The notes under the pieces: model-generated
Databases searched by the model: none
The model's input: only the letters and a program-made list of their open reading frames with translations
Told to the model about the DNA's origin: nothing
Made by a program: the position numbers and the translations under genes
Part shown: one piece after another, positions 48,509 through 58,383 of the stretch
How positions within the stretch are numbered: the stretch's first letter is position 1
Layout of the letters: the number at the start of each line of letters is the position of its first letter
From: Candidatus Pedobacter colombiensis
GTDB lineage: Bacteria > Bacteroidota > Bacteroidia > Sphingobacteriales > Sphingobacteriaceae
DNA: 64,000 nucleotides
Assembly (NCBI GenBank): GCA_029202485.1
Contig: CP119313.1
Location: forward strand, 4,931,012-4,995,011
Direction: 5' to 3'

Positions 48509-49828
48509 TCAACTAAATTTTAAAGCTTGTAACATCCATTTCCAGGCGGGTATGATTTTGACATGTACACCATCTATGGTCAATTCTTCTTCTTCTTCGA
48601 GCGTGATGATCCATGCTTCTTTAACCTTACAATAGCTAGCCGCTTTTAGTAACCCTTTTAGTTCCCTGCTCCTTGTGTCCGGATCATTTAGCGTCCAGCT
48701 TACCTGCACAGGTAATGCAGTTCCGCCTTCCGGATAGATTACAAAATCACATTCACCAGAAGCTTCTGCATAATAATAGATGTTATTAGAATAAATACTT
48801 CCAAATTTCAGATAAAGTTCTTTAAACACCATATTCTCTAACAGCAAACCATTGTTACCTGTATACTGCGCTGTATTGGCATTTAGTAGCCCATTATCGA
48901 GCCAATAAATCTTTTTATCTGATTTTTCGCGCTTACTATCTGAATAATCAAAGCGACTGATTCTTTTAAAAAGATACGCTTGCTCGGCCATATCCATTGC
49001 TTCATAGACACTATTCACTCCTACACTATATTGCTGTGATTTGAGCTGATTATATAATCGTCTGTTACTAATTGTTTTACCTATAGTAGATGCTGCCTGA
49101 CGATACAAGCTTCGTAAATAGGTATAATTACTGAGCTTGTTGTATTCTACGATGTCCCGAAGCAACATGGCGTTATAATATTCCTGTAAATAGGCCAGGC
49201 TTATTTGTTGCGAAGGTAGGTTAATCGTTTCTGGATATCCCCCATGAACGAGGTATTTATGAAACATTGTGAGGGTCTGGATTTTTCCTGTCCCATATTC
49301 TGATGGTTTAAAATTGCTGAATTCACAGTATTCTTTAAAAGAAAGGGGTAATAATTCAATAGCGATGCTGCGACCCCGCAATACAGATTTAAGCTCGGTA
49401 TGGAGTACAGAACTGTTACTGCCGGTAAAGAATATTTTTTTAGACCAGGTTTCGTTGATGCGGTTTAAAAAACGCTCCCAGCCTGGTGTAGCTTGTACTT
49501 CATCAAAAAAGAACCATGCATCTTCTAATTTAGTTTCCGGATTAAGCTCCTGCCATGCTTGTAGAATTAAATCGAGTTGATGGGGTTCGAATTGTATCCT
49601 TTCATCTTCAAAATTGAAATAGATAATCTGCCTGGGCGATACCCCCCTGGTTGTTTTTAATTCGTCAATAGCCAGTTGCATTGCTGAAGTTTTGCCTACA
49701 CGCCGGGGACCAATGATCGCTTGAATTTTTTCAAGATCCAATGAAATCCCTGTGTTGCGCATTCTAAGCCCCTTAGAAAGGTTTCTTTCCTGGTTTTGAA
49801 TCAAAATCTCTTTTATGGTCTCTTTCAT
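48509..49828 (-). CDS. AAA_14 / DUF4143 ATP-binding protein
   Basis: Walker A GPRRVGKT, Walker B FFFDEVQ, TGSNS, helical middle, KKIYWLDNG, ENMVFKEL and ECDFV...PVQV motifs. Confidence 0.88.
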   Translation of the reverse strand: MKETIKEILIQNQERNLSKGLRMRNTGISLDLEKIQAIIGPRRVGKTSAMQLAIDELKTTRGVSPRQIIYFNFEDERIQFEPHQLDLILQAWQELNPETKLEDAWFFFDEVQATPGWERFLNRINETWSKKIFFTGSNSSVLHTELKSVLRGRSIAIELLPLSFKEYCEFSNFKPSEYGTGKIQTLTMFHKYLVHGGYPETINLPSQQISLAYLQEYYNAMLLRDIVEYNKLSNYTYLRSLYRQAASTIGKTISNRRLYNQLKSQQYSVGVNSVYEAMDMAEQAYLFKRISRFDYSDSKREKSDKKIYWLDNGLLNANTAQYTGNNGLLLENMVFKELYLKFGSIYSNNIYYYAEASGECDFVIYPEGGTALPVQVSWTLNDPDTRSRELKGLLKAASYCKVKEAWIITLEEEEELTIDGVHVKIIPAWKWMLQALKFS

Positions 49829-49845
49829 AATACACAAATATATAT

Positions 49846-49905
49846 AAAATCGTCTTTACAATAAAGACGATTTTGCAATAATCATCTTTATTGTAAAGAC
49901 GATTT
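49846..49905. repeat. Nested double palindrome (putative tandem operator) over the ATPase promoter
   Basis: AAAATCGTCTTT-acaat-AAAGACGATTTT at 49846-49874, and its inverted near-copy AATCATCTTT-attgt-AAAGACGATT at 49880-49904. Confidence 0.9.
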
Positions 49906-50123
49906 ATCCAACACAGAGTCCATAAATTTATTTCACATCCATCTAGCCAATTGGCTTTTCTGGCTCGTCTTTGTTTTATAATTCTGAAAATGGATTGTAA
50001 AATTTACTCTGACAAAGCATGAAATCCCATTGAAACAACTCTTTAGCCATAAACATTGCTATATTTATCTAAATTTTTCACGTTTAGATCCCATCTAACA
50101 ACTAAAAACAATAAGATAAATAG

Positions 50124-50633
50124 ATGAAACAATTAGCTTTAGTATTACTCGCTTTTATAGCCATATCCGGCACAGCATTAGCCCAGGACAAAGAACCTGT
50201 TAAAAAGGAAATCGTAACAATTTACAACCCTAAAGCCAATGCAAGAGCAGATATTGATGCTGCAGTTGCAAAAGCAAAAAAGGAAGGCAAACATGTATTT
50301 ATCCAGGTAGGCGGCAATTGGTGCAGCTGGTGCATCGCTTTTCATAAGCTGGTTGATGCAACACCAGAACTAAAGGATTACCTAAACAGCAATTACGAAA
50401 CCGTACTGGTAAACTATAGTCCGGAAAATAAAAACCCGGCTGTAATGGCAAGCTTAGGTTATCCAGGCCGTTTTGGGTACCCGGTATTTGTAATTCTCGA
50501 TGGAAACGGTAAAGTAATACACATCCAAAACTCCGCTTACCTTGAAGAAGGAAAAGGTCATAGCGTAAAAAAAGTAATGGAGTTTTTAAAAGGTTGGACG
50601 GTTGCCGCCCTTAAACCAGAAAACAACAAATAG
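50124..50633 (+). CDS. Periplasmic thioredoxin-family protein
   Basis: Signal peptide, WCSWC motif and cis-Pro-like GYPVF. Confidence 0.88.
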   Translation: MKQLALVLLAFIAISGTALAQDKEPVKKEIVTIYNPKANARADIDAAVAKAKKEGKHVFIQVGGNWCSWCIAFHKLVDATPELKDYLNSNYETVLVNYSPENKNPAVMASLGYPGRFGYPVFVILDGNGKVIHIQNSAYLEEGKGHSVKKVMEFLKGWTVAALKPENNK

Positions 50634-50643
50634 AAACAGTCGA

Positions 50644-51423
50644 TCAGACTTTCTTTTTTACTTTTTTTGCAATCCTTGGTGGTCTTTCGGCCATAGTGAT
50701 GGTTTGCCCTAACAGGTCCCTGATCACCACGGAGGCACAAACGCCGCCAAAGGCAGCCGGAATGTAAGATATCGTGCCATAGGCAGAACGTTTAAAGTTA
50801 CTACCATCGGTCATGAGCAGGGAATCTTTCGAAGTCTCCTCAGTGGAAAAAACAGCCTTGATCTGGTTATAGTTACTATGTCGTTTTAATCTTTTTCGCA
50901 CAACCTGGGCAAAAACACATTGATATGTATCCGGTAGCCAGGTTACCTTCAGTAAGGTCGGATCCATTTTACCCCCGGCCCCCATTGAACTGACGATAGG
51001 TACATTTCTTTCCAATGCTTTAGACAGTAAGATCACCTTAGGTGTAAGACTATCAATACAATCCATCACATAGTCAAAAGAATGCTCCATCAGCTCCCTG
51101 CACTTCTGTGGGGTTAGAAAGTCTCGGATAACATGTAATTTAAGTTCAGGATTGATGGCCATTAAGCGCTCCTGCATGATATCAGCCTTATTCTTTCCAT
51201 GATTGGTAGATAAGGCAGGCAACTGCCGGTTCCTGTTACTAGGGTCTACAACATCACCATCCACAATTGTCATCTCTCCTACTCCTGAGCGGCATATAAA
51301 CTCGGCCGCAAAAGAGCCCACACCACCCAGACCTATAACCAACACATGCTTTTGCTGCAAAAGATCAATTCCTTCATTCCCTATCAGCAAAGCAGAGCGC
51401 GACAACCAGTTTAAATCAGACAT
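50644..51423 (-). CDS. tcdA: tRNA threonylcarbamoyladenosine dehydratase (ThiF family)
   Basis: GLGGVGS, VDGDVVDPSNRNRQ, SSMGAG, VFSTE and YIPAAFG motifs. Confidence 0.9.
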   Translation of the reverse strand: MSDLNWLSRSALLIGNEGIDLLQQKHVLVIGLGGVGSFAAEFICRSGVGEMTIVDGDVVDPSNRNRQLPALSTNHGKNKADIMQERLMAINPELKLHVIRDFLTPQKCRELMEHSFDYVMDCIDSLTPKVILLSKALERNVPIVSSMGAGGKMDPTLLKVTWLPDTYQCVFAQVVRKRLKRHSNYNQIKAVFSTEETSKDSLLMTDGSNFKRSAYGTISYIPAAFGGVCASVVIRDLLGQTITMAERPPRIAKKVKKKV

Positions 51424-51428
51424 ATATA

Positions 51429-52085
51429 TTAAGTAAACTTTATTTTTTTCCAGTTGGCAAAAATAAGCGCTTTCATCTCTTCAACAGTACAGTTTTTTAA
51501 ATTTGCCGCAGCCTGATAAATTTCCCGGATGTGATAATCCGAATCGTCAGTTTCCAAAAAAAACATATCTGTATGTTTAAGCAGAGCTGCAGCTCCCGAA
51601 TCAGGATTTAGTATAGCCTTGCCAAAAGAAAGATAAAACCCATTGTCCAGCAATTGCCTGCCTAATTCTTCGTGTTTATTAAACCCATGAACAATAAGAG
51701 GAACGCTAACTTTCATTTCCTTTTGTAAGGCAATCAACTCTCCAAAACACCTTACACAATGAAGAATAACCGGTTTATGCAGCGCATTGGCTAGTCTTAG
51801 CTGTTTCCTCAAAATAATCAACTGATTGTCCAGGCTTTCCCCTCTCAATCTGTCTAAGCCGCACTCACCAATCAGTTTAACCTGCATTCCTGTTGCAGCC
51901 TCTGCAAGTTTGAGATAATCATGCTCCAGATGCTCCATTGTTGCAAACCAGGGATGCAATCCTAACGAAAGCTCCTGATCTTCCGGAAATGTAATCCGCG
52001 TATCTCCGGTTAAGGAAACACTTAGTATTTGCCTTACCCCGGCATCCTTCCCTTCCTGATGTGTATGGATATCTAAAAATTGCAA
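51429..52085 (-). CDS. tatD: TatD family hydrolase
   Basis: DIHTH, GLHPW, GECGLD, LHCV, HGF and ETD motifs. Confidence 0.9.
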   Translation of the reverse strand: MQFLDIHTHQEGKDAGVRQILSVSLTGDTRITFPEDQELSLGLHPWFATMEHLEHDYLKLAEAATGMQVKLIGECGLDRLRGESLDNQLIILRKQLRLANALHKPVILHCVRCFGELIALQKEMKVSVPLIVHGFNKHEELGRQLLDNGFYLSFGKAILNPDSGAAALLKHTDMFFLETDDSDYHIREIYQAAANLKNCTVEEMKALIFANWKKIKFT

Positions 52086-52094
52086 AATATGGTA

Positions 52095-53801
52095 TTAAAG
52101 TCCATCGCCGTACTTAAAGAAACTATTTACAGTAACAGGTAGTTTTCCAGTTGCGATCACTTGATTTTTGATCACCGCTGCAGCCGCCTTTTGCATAAAG
52201 TCTTCTTTCTGATAAGCTACAACCAAACCTTTGCTTTGCTCTAAGCCCGGTAATGCAGCCAGGTTATATGGATTTGCAAACAAAGCAAATACAGCATTGC
52301 TTAGCGACATATCTTTGATAAACATCTTTAGATCTGCACTCAAAACCATTCCGTTGCCAGGACGTGTACGCGTATCATGAATTCCAATAATGATTTGATC
52401 AAATGCCTTAAGATCTCTTACAACCTTTGCAATTGCATTGGCACTTGCATTTTTATCAAGGGTATAGAAAACAGCATTTTTGTAGTAAGCACCGAGTTCA
52501 CGTTGAAACGTCGTAACCTCCGGTGTGCCAATGCTGATAATTACGGTGCGCTTCTCCGCATTCAACTGTTGAATATTTTCTTTGCCCCTTAGCATAGTCA
52601 TAGACGCTTCAGCAAGTTGCTGCAATAACGCCAAACTTTCCGGACGGTTTACATCAGCAACCACGTTATTTTCATCAATGGTATTTTTAGCGTTTAAGCC
52701 GGCCCAATATTTAGCTGTAAGAATCTTTTTAACGCTTTCATCAATCTGCGCCATACTAATTCTATCTTCTCTAACAGCTTTGCGCACCAATTTTATAGCT
52801 CTTGCACTGTTCTCCGATAACTCTAAAATATCATTACCTGCAATAATCCCCATTACATCAGCTTCGCCATTTTTAAAGTTCTTTACCACCCCATTCATGC
52901 CCATTGCATCAGAGATGACAATACCTTTAAAGCCAAGTTCGTTTTTTAAAAGTCCGGTAACTATCGGTTTAGATAGTGTGGACGGCATATTTGGCGTATT
53001 ATCCAATGCCGGGATATTCATGTGTGCAATCATTACACCGGCAGCGCCATCTTTAATTAATTCTTTGAAAGGATAAAGCTCTAAACTATCTAAACGTGCC
53101 TTTGTAAATTTTAACTGTGGCAGATCGTAGTGCGAATCCACATCAGTATCACCGTGGCCCGGGAAGTGTTTAATACTAACCAGCAATCCCCCATCCTGCA
53201 TACCCTTCATATAGGCTGCACCTTTAGTCGCCACATTGTATTTGTTCTCCCCAAAAGAGCGAAAGTTGATCACCGGGTTTTTAGGATTGTTGTTCACATC
53301 CACGTCGGGAGCCAGGTTCATGTGCATCCCAATACGTTTATAATCCTTTGCGACTTCAAGCCCCATTTTATAAATCAGATCCGTATTTTGAACCGCACCC
53401 AATGCCATCTGATATGGATACGAAATAGTGCTGTCCAAACGCATTCCTAATCCCCATTCACCATCAGAAGTGATTAATAAGGGAACTCTGGCCAGCGACT
53501 GGTACTGGTTGGTTAAAATGGCTTGTCGACCGGGACCTCCCTGAAAGAATACCAACCCACCTATACGCTCTTTCTTAATCACCCTACCTATTGAATCTTC
53601 ATAGGCTTTACCAAAATTGGTATGTGCCCTGACAAAGAACATTTGCGCAATTTTTTGACGTTTACTTAAGCGTTTAAATACGGAATCTACCCATACATTA
53701 GGCTCAGCCAGTGTTTGTAAATAGGTTTTCTGCTGTGCCTGTGCACTAAATAGCGTTGTTAGTAGCAGTAAAGTAACTATGAAAAAATGCTTAACATTCA
53801 T
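52095..53801 (-). CDS. GH3 beta-N-acetylglucosaminidase (NagZ-like), secreted
   Basis: DGEWG, RSFGE, KHFPGHGDTDVDSH (Asp-His dyad) and ISDAMGM motifs; -7 box TAACTTTG at 53825-53832. Confidence 0.88.
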   Translation of the reverse strand: MNVKHFFIVTLLLLTTLFSAQAQQKTYLQTLAEPNVWVDSVFKRLSKRQKIAQMFFVRAHTNFGKAYEDSIGRVIKKERIGGLVFFQGGPGRQAILTNQYQSLARVPLLITSDGEWGLGMRLDSTISYPYQMALGAVQNTDLIYKMGLEVAKDYKRIGMHMNLAPDVDVNNNPKNPVINFRSFGENKYNVATKGAAYMKGMQDGGLLVSIKHFPGHGDTDVDSHYDLPQLKFTKARLDSLELYPFKELIKDGAAGVMIAHMNIPALDNTPNMPSTLSKPIVTGLLKNELGFKGIVISDAMGMNGVVKNFKNGEADVMGIIAGNDILELSENSARAIKLVRKAVREDRISMAQIDESVKKILTAKYWAGLNAKNTIDENNVVADVNRPESLALLQQLAEASMTMLRGKENIQQLNAEKRTVIISIGTPEVTTFQRELGAYYKNAVFYTLDKNASANAIAKVVRDLKAFDQIIIGIHDTRTRPGNGMVLSADLKMFIKDMSLSNAVFALFANPYNLAALPGLEQSKGLVVAYQKEDFMQKAAAAVIKNQVIATGKLPVTVNSFFKYGDGL

Positions 53802-53906
53802 TTGTATAACAATTGGTTAAACTTCAAAGTTAAACAAAAGTTCTATTTTAATGGATCTGAACCTTCCTTGAGTGGAAAATATGACGTTAATCCTGAGACC
53901 ACCCCC

Positions 53907-53932
53907 TTATTGTATCAAATTTGATACAATAA
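53907..53932. promoter_or_regulatory. Perfect loopless 26-bp palindrome TTATTGTATCAAATTTGATACAATAA
   Basis: Self-reverse-complementary over 26 nt, in the divergent GH3/porin intergenic region. Confidence 0.7.
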
Positions 53933-54095
53933 AACAATATACAAATCCATCTTCATCGCTAATAAGCAAGCCTGACCAAACAACCCTAATCATCAGGTAC
54001 ACAGAACCTTTTGAACAATCCAGAGGATATAAATTCCTGATCTGTTTAAAACTGGCACATTTCTTTCATCTATGGGTTTATAAAAACACATAAAC

Positions 54096-54710
54096 ATGAA
54101 AAAGTTAATTATTTTGGCCTTAGGCCTATTTGCAGCAGGTGCTGCCAATGCACAAGCCCCAATCAGATTGGGAGTTAAAGCCGGTTTAAACCTTCCAAAC
54201 ATCATTAAAGATGATGGCAACAATGACTTCAAAACAAAAGTAAACCCTGGTTTCAATGCAGGTATAACTTTAGATATCAACCTGATTAAAGGTTTAGCTT
54301 TCACACCCGAATTGCTTTATTCGACCAAGGGGTACAAAGCTGAAACAACATTTGGTAATTTTACACAAACCACTAGTTTTATCGATGTCCCAATTTTGGC
54401 TAGTATTAATGTTGGTGGAAGTGGCTTAAACCTTGTCGTAGGTCCACAAGTATCTTTCTTGCTTTCTACAAAGAATAAATTTGAGAATGGCTTAGGTACC
54501 GTAGAACAGGAAATTATTGAAAACAAAGCTGATCGGTTTAAAAAGAGTCTGGCTGGAGGATTGATTGGTTTTAGATATGATGTAAACAATAAAGTTGATA
54601 TCCATGGTCGTTATGCCCTGGACTTCCAGAAAAACAATGAAGATGGATCAAAAGAAACCCCTGAATTTAAAAACCAGGTCTTCTCTGTAGGTTTAGGAAT
54701 AAAATTCTAA
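54096..54710 (+). CDS. Outer membrane beta-barrel ('porin family') protein
   Basis: Signal peptide, GVKAGLN, alternating strands and C-terminal VGLGIKF. Confidence 0.88.
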   Translation: MKKLIILALGLFAAGAANAQAPIRLGVKAGLNLPNIIKDDGNNDFKTKVNPGFNAGITLDINLIKGLAFTPELLYSTKGYKAETTFGNFTQTTSFIDVPILASINVGGSGLNLVVGPQVSFLLSTKNKFENGLGTVEQEIIENKADRFKKSLAGGLIGFRYDVNNKVDIHGRYALDFQKNNEDGSKETPEFKNQVFSVGLGIKF

Positions 54711-54721
54711 TCATCTCCTAT

Positions 54722-54765
54722 AAACAGCGCCTACATGATCAATCATAATCAGGCGCTGTTTTTTT
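54722..54765 (+). terminator. Intrinsic terminator after the porin gene
   Basis: AAACAGCGCCT...AGGCGCTGTTT followed by a T tract. Confidence 0.75.
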
Positions 54766-54915
54766 ACAAACATATACTTCCCGCTACTGTTATAAATACA
54801 GTGTTCATATTATCCATCATTATTATGAAACCATCATGTGCAGCAGAACACAAACCCAAACGAGTAAATTTTTGATAGCACATGATAGCTTCATCACAAT
54901 TAAAAATCAAATTAT

Positions 54916-55101
54916 ATGCTGATGAAAAATCAACCAACACAAAAACACAGCGGGAATGAACAGCAAGGCAGGACAACCTCCGATCGGATGCACCATAGTG
55001 TAAAACAAGACAAGAAACAACAAGGCATTTCAAATGGTGGCGGGCAGCGTTCCGACCAAACCTCCAATAGAGATAACCAACGCAAGCGCGAAGGTCATTA
55101 A
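54916..55101 (+). CDS. Small hydrophilic, probably disordered protein
   Basis: 61-aa Q/N/S/G/R/K-rich ORF with an A-rich initiation context, between two terminators. Confidence 0.6.
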   Translation: MLMKNQPTQKHSGNEQQGRTTSDRMHHSVKQDKKQQGISNGGGQRSDQTSNRDNQRKREGH

Positions 55102-55140
55102 GATTTTATTTAGGCGAGGATAACAATTCCCTGTTCATCC

Positions 55141-55172
55141 AAAAAAGCATTCCTGACGGGATGCTTTTTTTT
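55141..55172 (+). terminator. Intrinsic terminator after the small protein gene
   Basis: AAAAAAGCATTCC-tgac-GGGATGCTTTTTTTT. Confidence 0.8.
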
Positions 55173-55246
55173 CGCATTGTATCTTTTACTTTCGATAATG
55201 ATTGTTTATACTTACGTTTTATTACACATCATTGCAATTATAAATT

Positions 55247-56737
55247 ATGAGCAAATTTATTTTATCCTTTGATCAGGGAACCACAAGTTCAAGGGCGATT
55301 GTATTTAATAAGGAAGGAAGTATTGTCTCCATCGCGCAAAAGGAGTTTGAGCAGATTTACCCTCAACCTGGATGGGTAGAGCACAACGCCAGCGAGATTT
55401 GGACCACGCAGATTTCTGTAGCCACAGAAGCTATAGTAAAAGCCGGCATCACACCAACCGATATTGCCGCAATAGGCATTACCAATCAACGCGAAACCAC
55501 TGTATTGTGGGATAGAAAAACCGGAGAACCTTTGTACAATGCCATTGTATGGCAAGACAGACGTACTTCAGGCTATTGTGATGAACTTAAAGCCAAAGGT
55601 ATGGCTAAAACTATACAGGAGAAAACAGGGCTTATTTTAGATGCCTATTTTTCCGCCACAAAAATAAAATGGATTCTCGACAATGTACCGGGTGCCAGGG
55701 CAAAAGCTGCAGCCGGAGAGCTTGCTTTTGGAACCATCGACTCCTGGTTGATCTGGAATTTGACCGATGGAAGGGTACACATTACTGATGTAAGCAATGC
55801 ATCAAGAACAATGATATATAACATTCACACCTTGGATTGGGATCAGGAATTACTAGACCTTTTTGATATTCCAAAAAGTATCCTTCCAGCAGTTAAATCA
55901 TCAAGTGAGGTATACGGAGAAACCACAGGCAATGTACTTGCTGCAAAAATCCCTATTGCAGGAATTGCAGGCGATCAGCAAGCTGCCCTGTTTGGCCAAA
56001 TGTGTACGCAGGTAGGAATGGTAAAAAACACCTACGGAACGGGCTGCTTTATGTTGATGAACATTGGAGATAAACCTATTGTTTCGCAAAATAATCTGGT
56101 AACCACTATAGCCTGGAAAATAAACGGCAAGGTGCAGTATGCCCTGGAGGGCAGCATCTTTATTGGAGGTGCTGTAGTGCAATGGTTAAGAGATGGTTTG
56201 GGCATCATCAAATCATCTGCCGAGGTAGAACAACTGGCACTTAAGGTTGAGGATACGGGCGGAGTATATCTGGTACCAGCATTTGCCGGACTTGGTGCTC
56301 CACATTGGGATCAGGATGCCCGCGGCACCATAACCGGCATAACCCGTGGAACAACAGCATCCCACATTGCCAGGGCGGCGGTAGAAAGTATCGCTTTTCA
56401 AACCATGGAAGTGCTCAAAGCCATGGAAGCAGACTCGGGATACAGTATCAAAGAGTTAAGAGTAGATGGTGGTGCAACAGCCAATGACATGCTGATGCAG
56501 TTTCAGGCCGACTTACTCGACACTACGGTAATCAGACCAAAAGTAACCGAAGTTACGGCATTAGGCGCCGCCTATCTGGCAGGTTTGGCCGTAGGTTATT
56601 GGAACAGCATGGATGATATTAGCGGACAATGGAAAATTGATAAAAATTTCAATGCCGGAAAAACAAATCACATTGCCGAACGAATTAATGGTTGGAACAA
56701 GGCTGTAAAAGCGGCAAAGGCTGCTGCCCAAAACTAA
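55247..56737 (+). CDS. glpK: Glycerol kinase
   Basis: [31 protein letters not shown] and LRVDGG motifs. Confidence 0.97.
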   Translation: MSKFILSFDQGTTSSRAIVFNKEGSIVSIAQKEFEQIYPQPGWVEHNASEIWTTQISVATEAIVKAGITPTDIAAIGITNQRETTVLWDRKTGEPLYNAIVWQDRRTSGYCDELKAKGMAKTIQEKTGLILDAYFSATKIKWILDNVPGARAKAAAGELAFGTIDSWLIWNLTDGRVHITDVSNASRTMIYNIHTLDWDQELLDLFDIPKSILPAVKSSSEVYGETTGNVLAAKIPIAGIAGDQQAALFGQMCTQVGMVKNTYGTGCFMLMNIGDKPIVSQNNLVTTIAWKINGKVQYALEGSIFIGGAVVQWLRDGLGIIKSSAEVEQLALKVEDTGGVYLVPAFAGLGAPHWDQDARGTITGITRGTTASHIARAAVESIAFQTMEVLKAMEADSGYSIKELRVDGGATANDMLMQFQADLLDTTVIRPKVTEVTALGAAYLAGLAVGYWNSMDDISGQWKIDKNFNAGKTNHIAERINGWNKAVKAAKAAAQN

Positions 56738-56769
56738 TCTATTTATAACCACATTTAAATTTAACCCAT

Positions 56770-57501
56770 ATGTCTCCTTTTTCAGCCGAAATTATTGGCA
56801 CTATGTTTATGATTTTATTGGGCAACGGTGTTGTTGCCAACGTGGTTCTGAACGGAACCAAAGGAAATAACGGAGGATGGATGGTCATCACTACCGCCTG
56901 GGCCCTTGCTGTATTTGTAGGGGTGGTAATCGCCGCGCCCTACAGTGGTGCACACTTAAACCCCGCTGTAACCATTGGTCTGGCCATTGCCGGGAAATTT
57001 AGCTGGGCAAATGTCCCAACTTACATTGCTGCCCAGTTTATCGGAGCTATGTTGGGCTCCTTTCTGGTTTGGTTAATGTTTAAGGACTTTTACGCAGGCA
57101 CAGAAGATAGGGGTGCAAAACATGCTACTTTCTGTACCGGTCCGGCTATCCCCAATACAGTTTCAAACCTGATTAGTGAAATCATCGGTACTTTCGTGTT
57201 GATCTTTGTTATATTTCATTTTACAAATGCAGAATTGGGAGTTGATAAAAGTCCCATTGGATTAGGCTCCATCGGTGCGCTGCCGGTAGCCCTTCTGGTT
57301 TGGGTAATCGGCTTATCACTCGGTGGCACCACCGGATATGCCATTAATCCGGCCAGAGATCTTGGACCAAGAATTATGCACGCCGTATTGCCTGTTGCAG
57401 GAAAAGGAGGTAACAACTGGGGGTATTCATGGATTCCGGTTGTCGGGCCTCTAATAGGGGCTACATTGGCCGCTATGCTCTATTTATGGATAAAAATATA
57501 G
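56770..57501 (+). CDS. glpF: Aquaglyceroporin (MIP family)
   Basis: Two NPA boxes (HLNPAV, AINPARD), downstream of glpK. Confidence 0.93.
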   Translation: MSPFSAEIIGTMFMILLGNGVVANVVLNGTKGNNGGWMVITTAWALAVFVGVVIAAPYSGAHLNPAVTIGLAIAGKFSWANVPTYIAAQFIGAMLGSFLVWLMFKDFYAGTEDRGAKHATFCTGPAIPNTVSNLISEIIGTFVLIFVIFHFTNAELGVDKSPIGLGSIGALPVALLVWVIGLSLGGTTGYAINPARDLGPRIMHAVLPVAGKGGNNWGYSWIPVVGPLIGATLAAMLYLWIKI

Positions 57502-57508
57502 CAGGCAG

Positions 57509-58204
57509 CTAAAGAAACTGCATCCGAAGATATAATGCAGCTCTGTAAGCATCAGACACAGGTACAATATTTTGGTTAATCACAAGCATTCCACCTTCTA
57601 CAGTATCAATCTTACTTACATTGACAATAAATGAACGGTGTACTCTTAAAAAGGTATTTTTGGAAAGCTTTTCTCCTACCGATTTTAATGATGAGTGAAT
57701 AGAATAGGTATGGCCAGGGACATTGATTTTAACATAATCACCCCTGGCCTCCATATATAAAATATCACTTATTTTTAGTCGCCGGACCACGTTAGACTCA
57801 CGTATAAATACAAATTCATCTTCCTTATCCGTTAAAGCCAGACTCTTTACCACCATCATCTTTCGGGCTTTTTCTACGGCCAGCAAAAAACGAGCGGGCC
57901 TGATAGGCTTAATCAGAAAATCTACTACATTCAGATCAAAGGCTTCGACAGCATAATCTGCAGTAGAGGTAGTAATAATGACCATAGGCCGTTTGTCTCC
58001 CAAACTTTTAACCAGCTCTATGCCATTCATATCCGGCATTTCTATATCCAGAAACAAAAGCTCAATCTCGTTCAGTTGGAGTTGCCGGTAGGCCTCAACC
58101 GCATCAAAGCACTCTCCTGCTACAGTCAGAGTAGGGTCTATACTTATCAGTTTCTTAATAATAGTTAAGGCTATGATATTGTCATCAACGACTAAGCAGT
58201 TCAT
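57509..58204 (-). CDS. LytTR-family response regulator
   Basis: VVDD, FLDIEMP and KP receiver motifs; FLRVHRSFIVN LytTR domain. Confidence 0.93.
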   Translation of the reverse strand: MNCLVVDDNIIALTIIKKLISIDPTLTVAGECFDAVEAYRQLQLNEIELLFLDIEMPDMNGIELVKSLGDKRPMVIITTSTADYAVEAFDLNVVDFLIKPIRPARFLLAVEKARKMMVVKSLALTDKEDEFVFIRESNVVRRLKISDILYMEARGDYVKINVPGHTYSIHSSLKSVGEKLSKNTFLRVHRSFIVNVSKIDTVEGGMLVINQNIVPVSDAYRAALYLRMQFL

Positions 58205-58383
58205 TTAGGCTGGGGAATGATTACACTAAAATAGGGATAATACACCGAACCCTATAGGAATGAACAAACTGAACACAGCAAAAATGCCTTTCATCGGCCC
58301 CATCTGCCTTTCTGCCTATTCTTCATTTCATGGGCCAGATAGCCGACGTAGCTTTGCTTATCAATTTAATAAATACTACTACA

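Noticed and set aside
49945-49956. 12-bp palindrome AGCCAATTGGCT upstream of the thioredoxin gene
   Set aside because: Short, single and unrelated to the nearby operator sequence, so it cannot be distinguished from chance.
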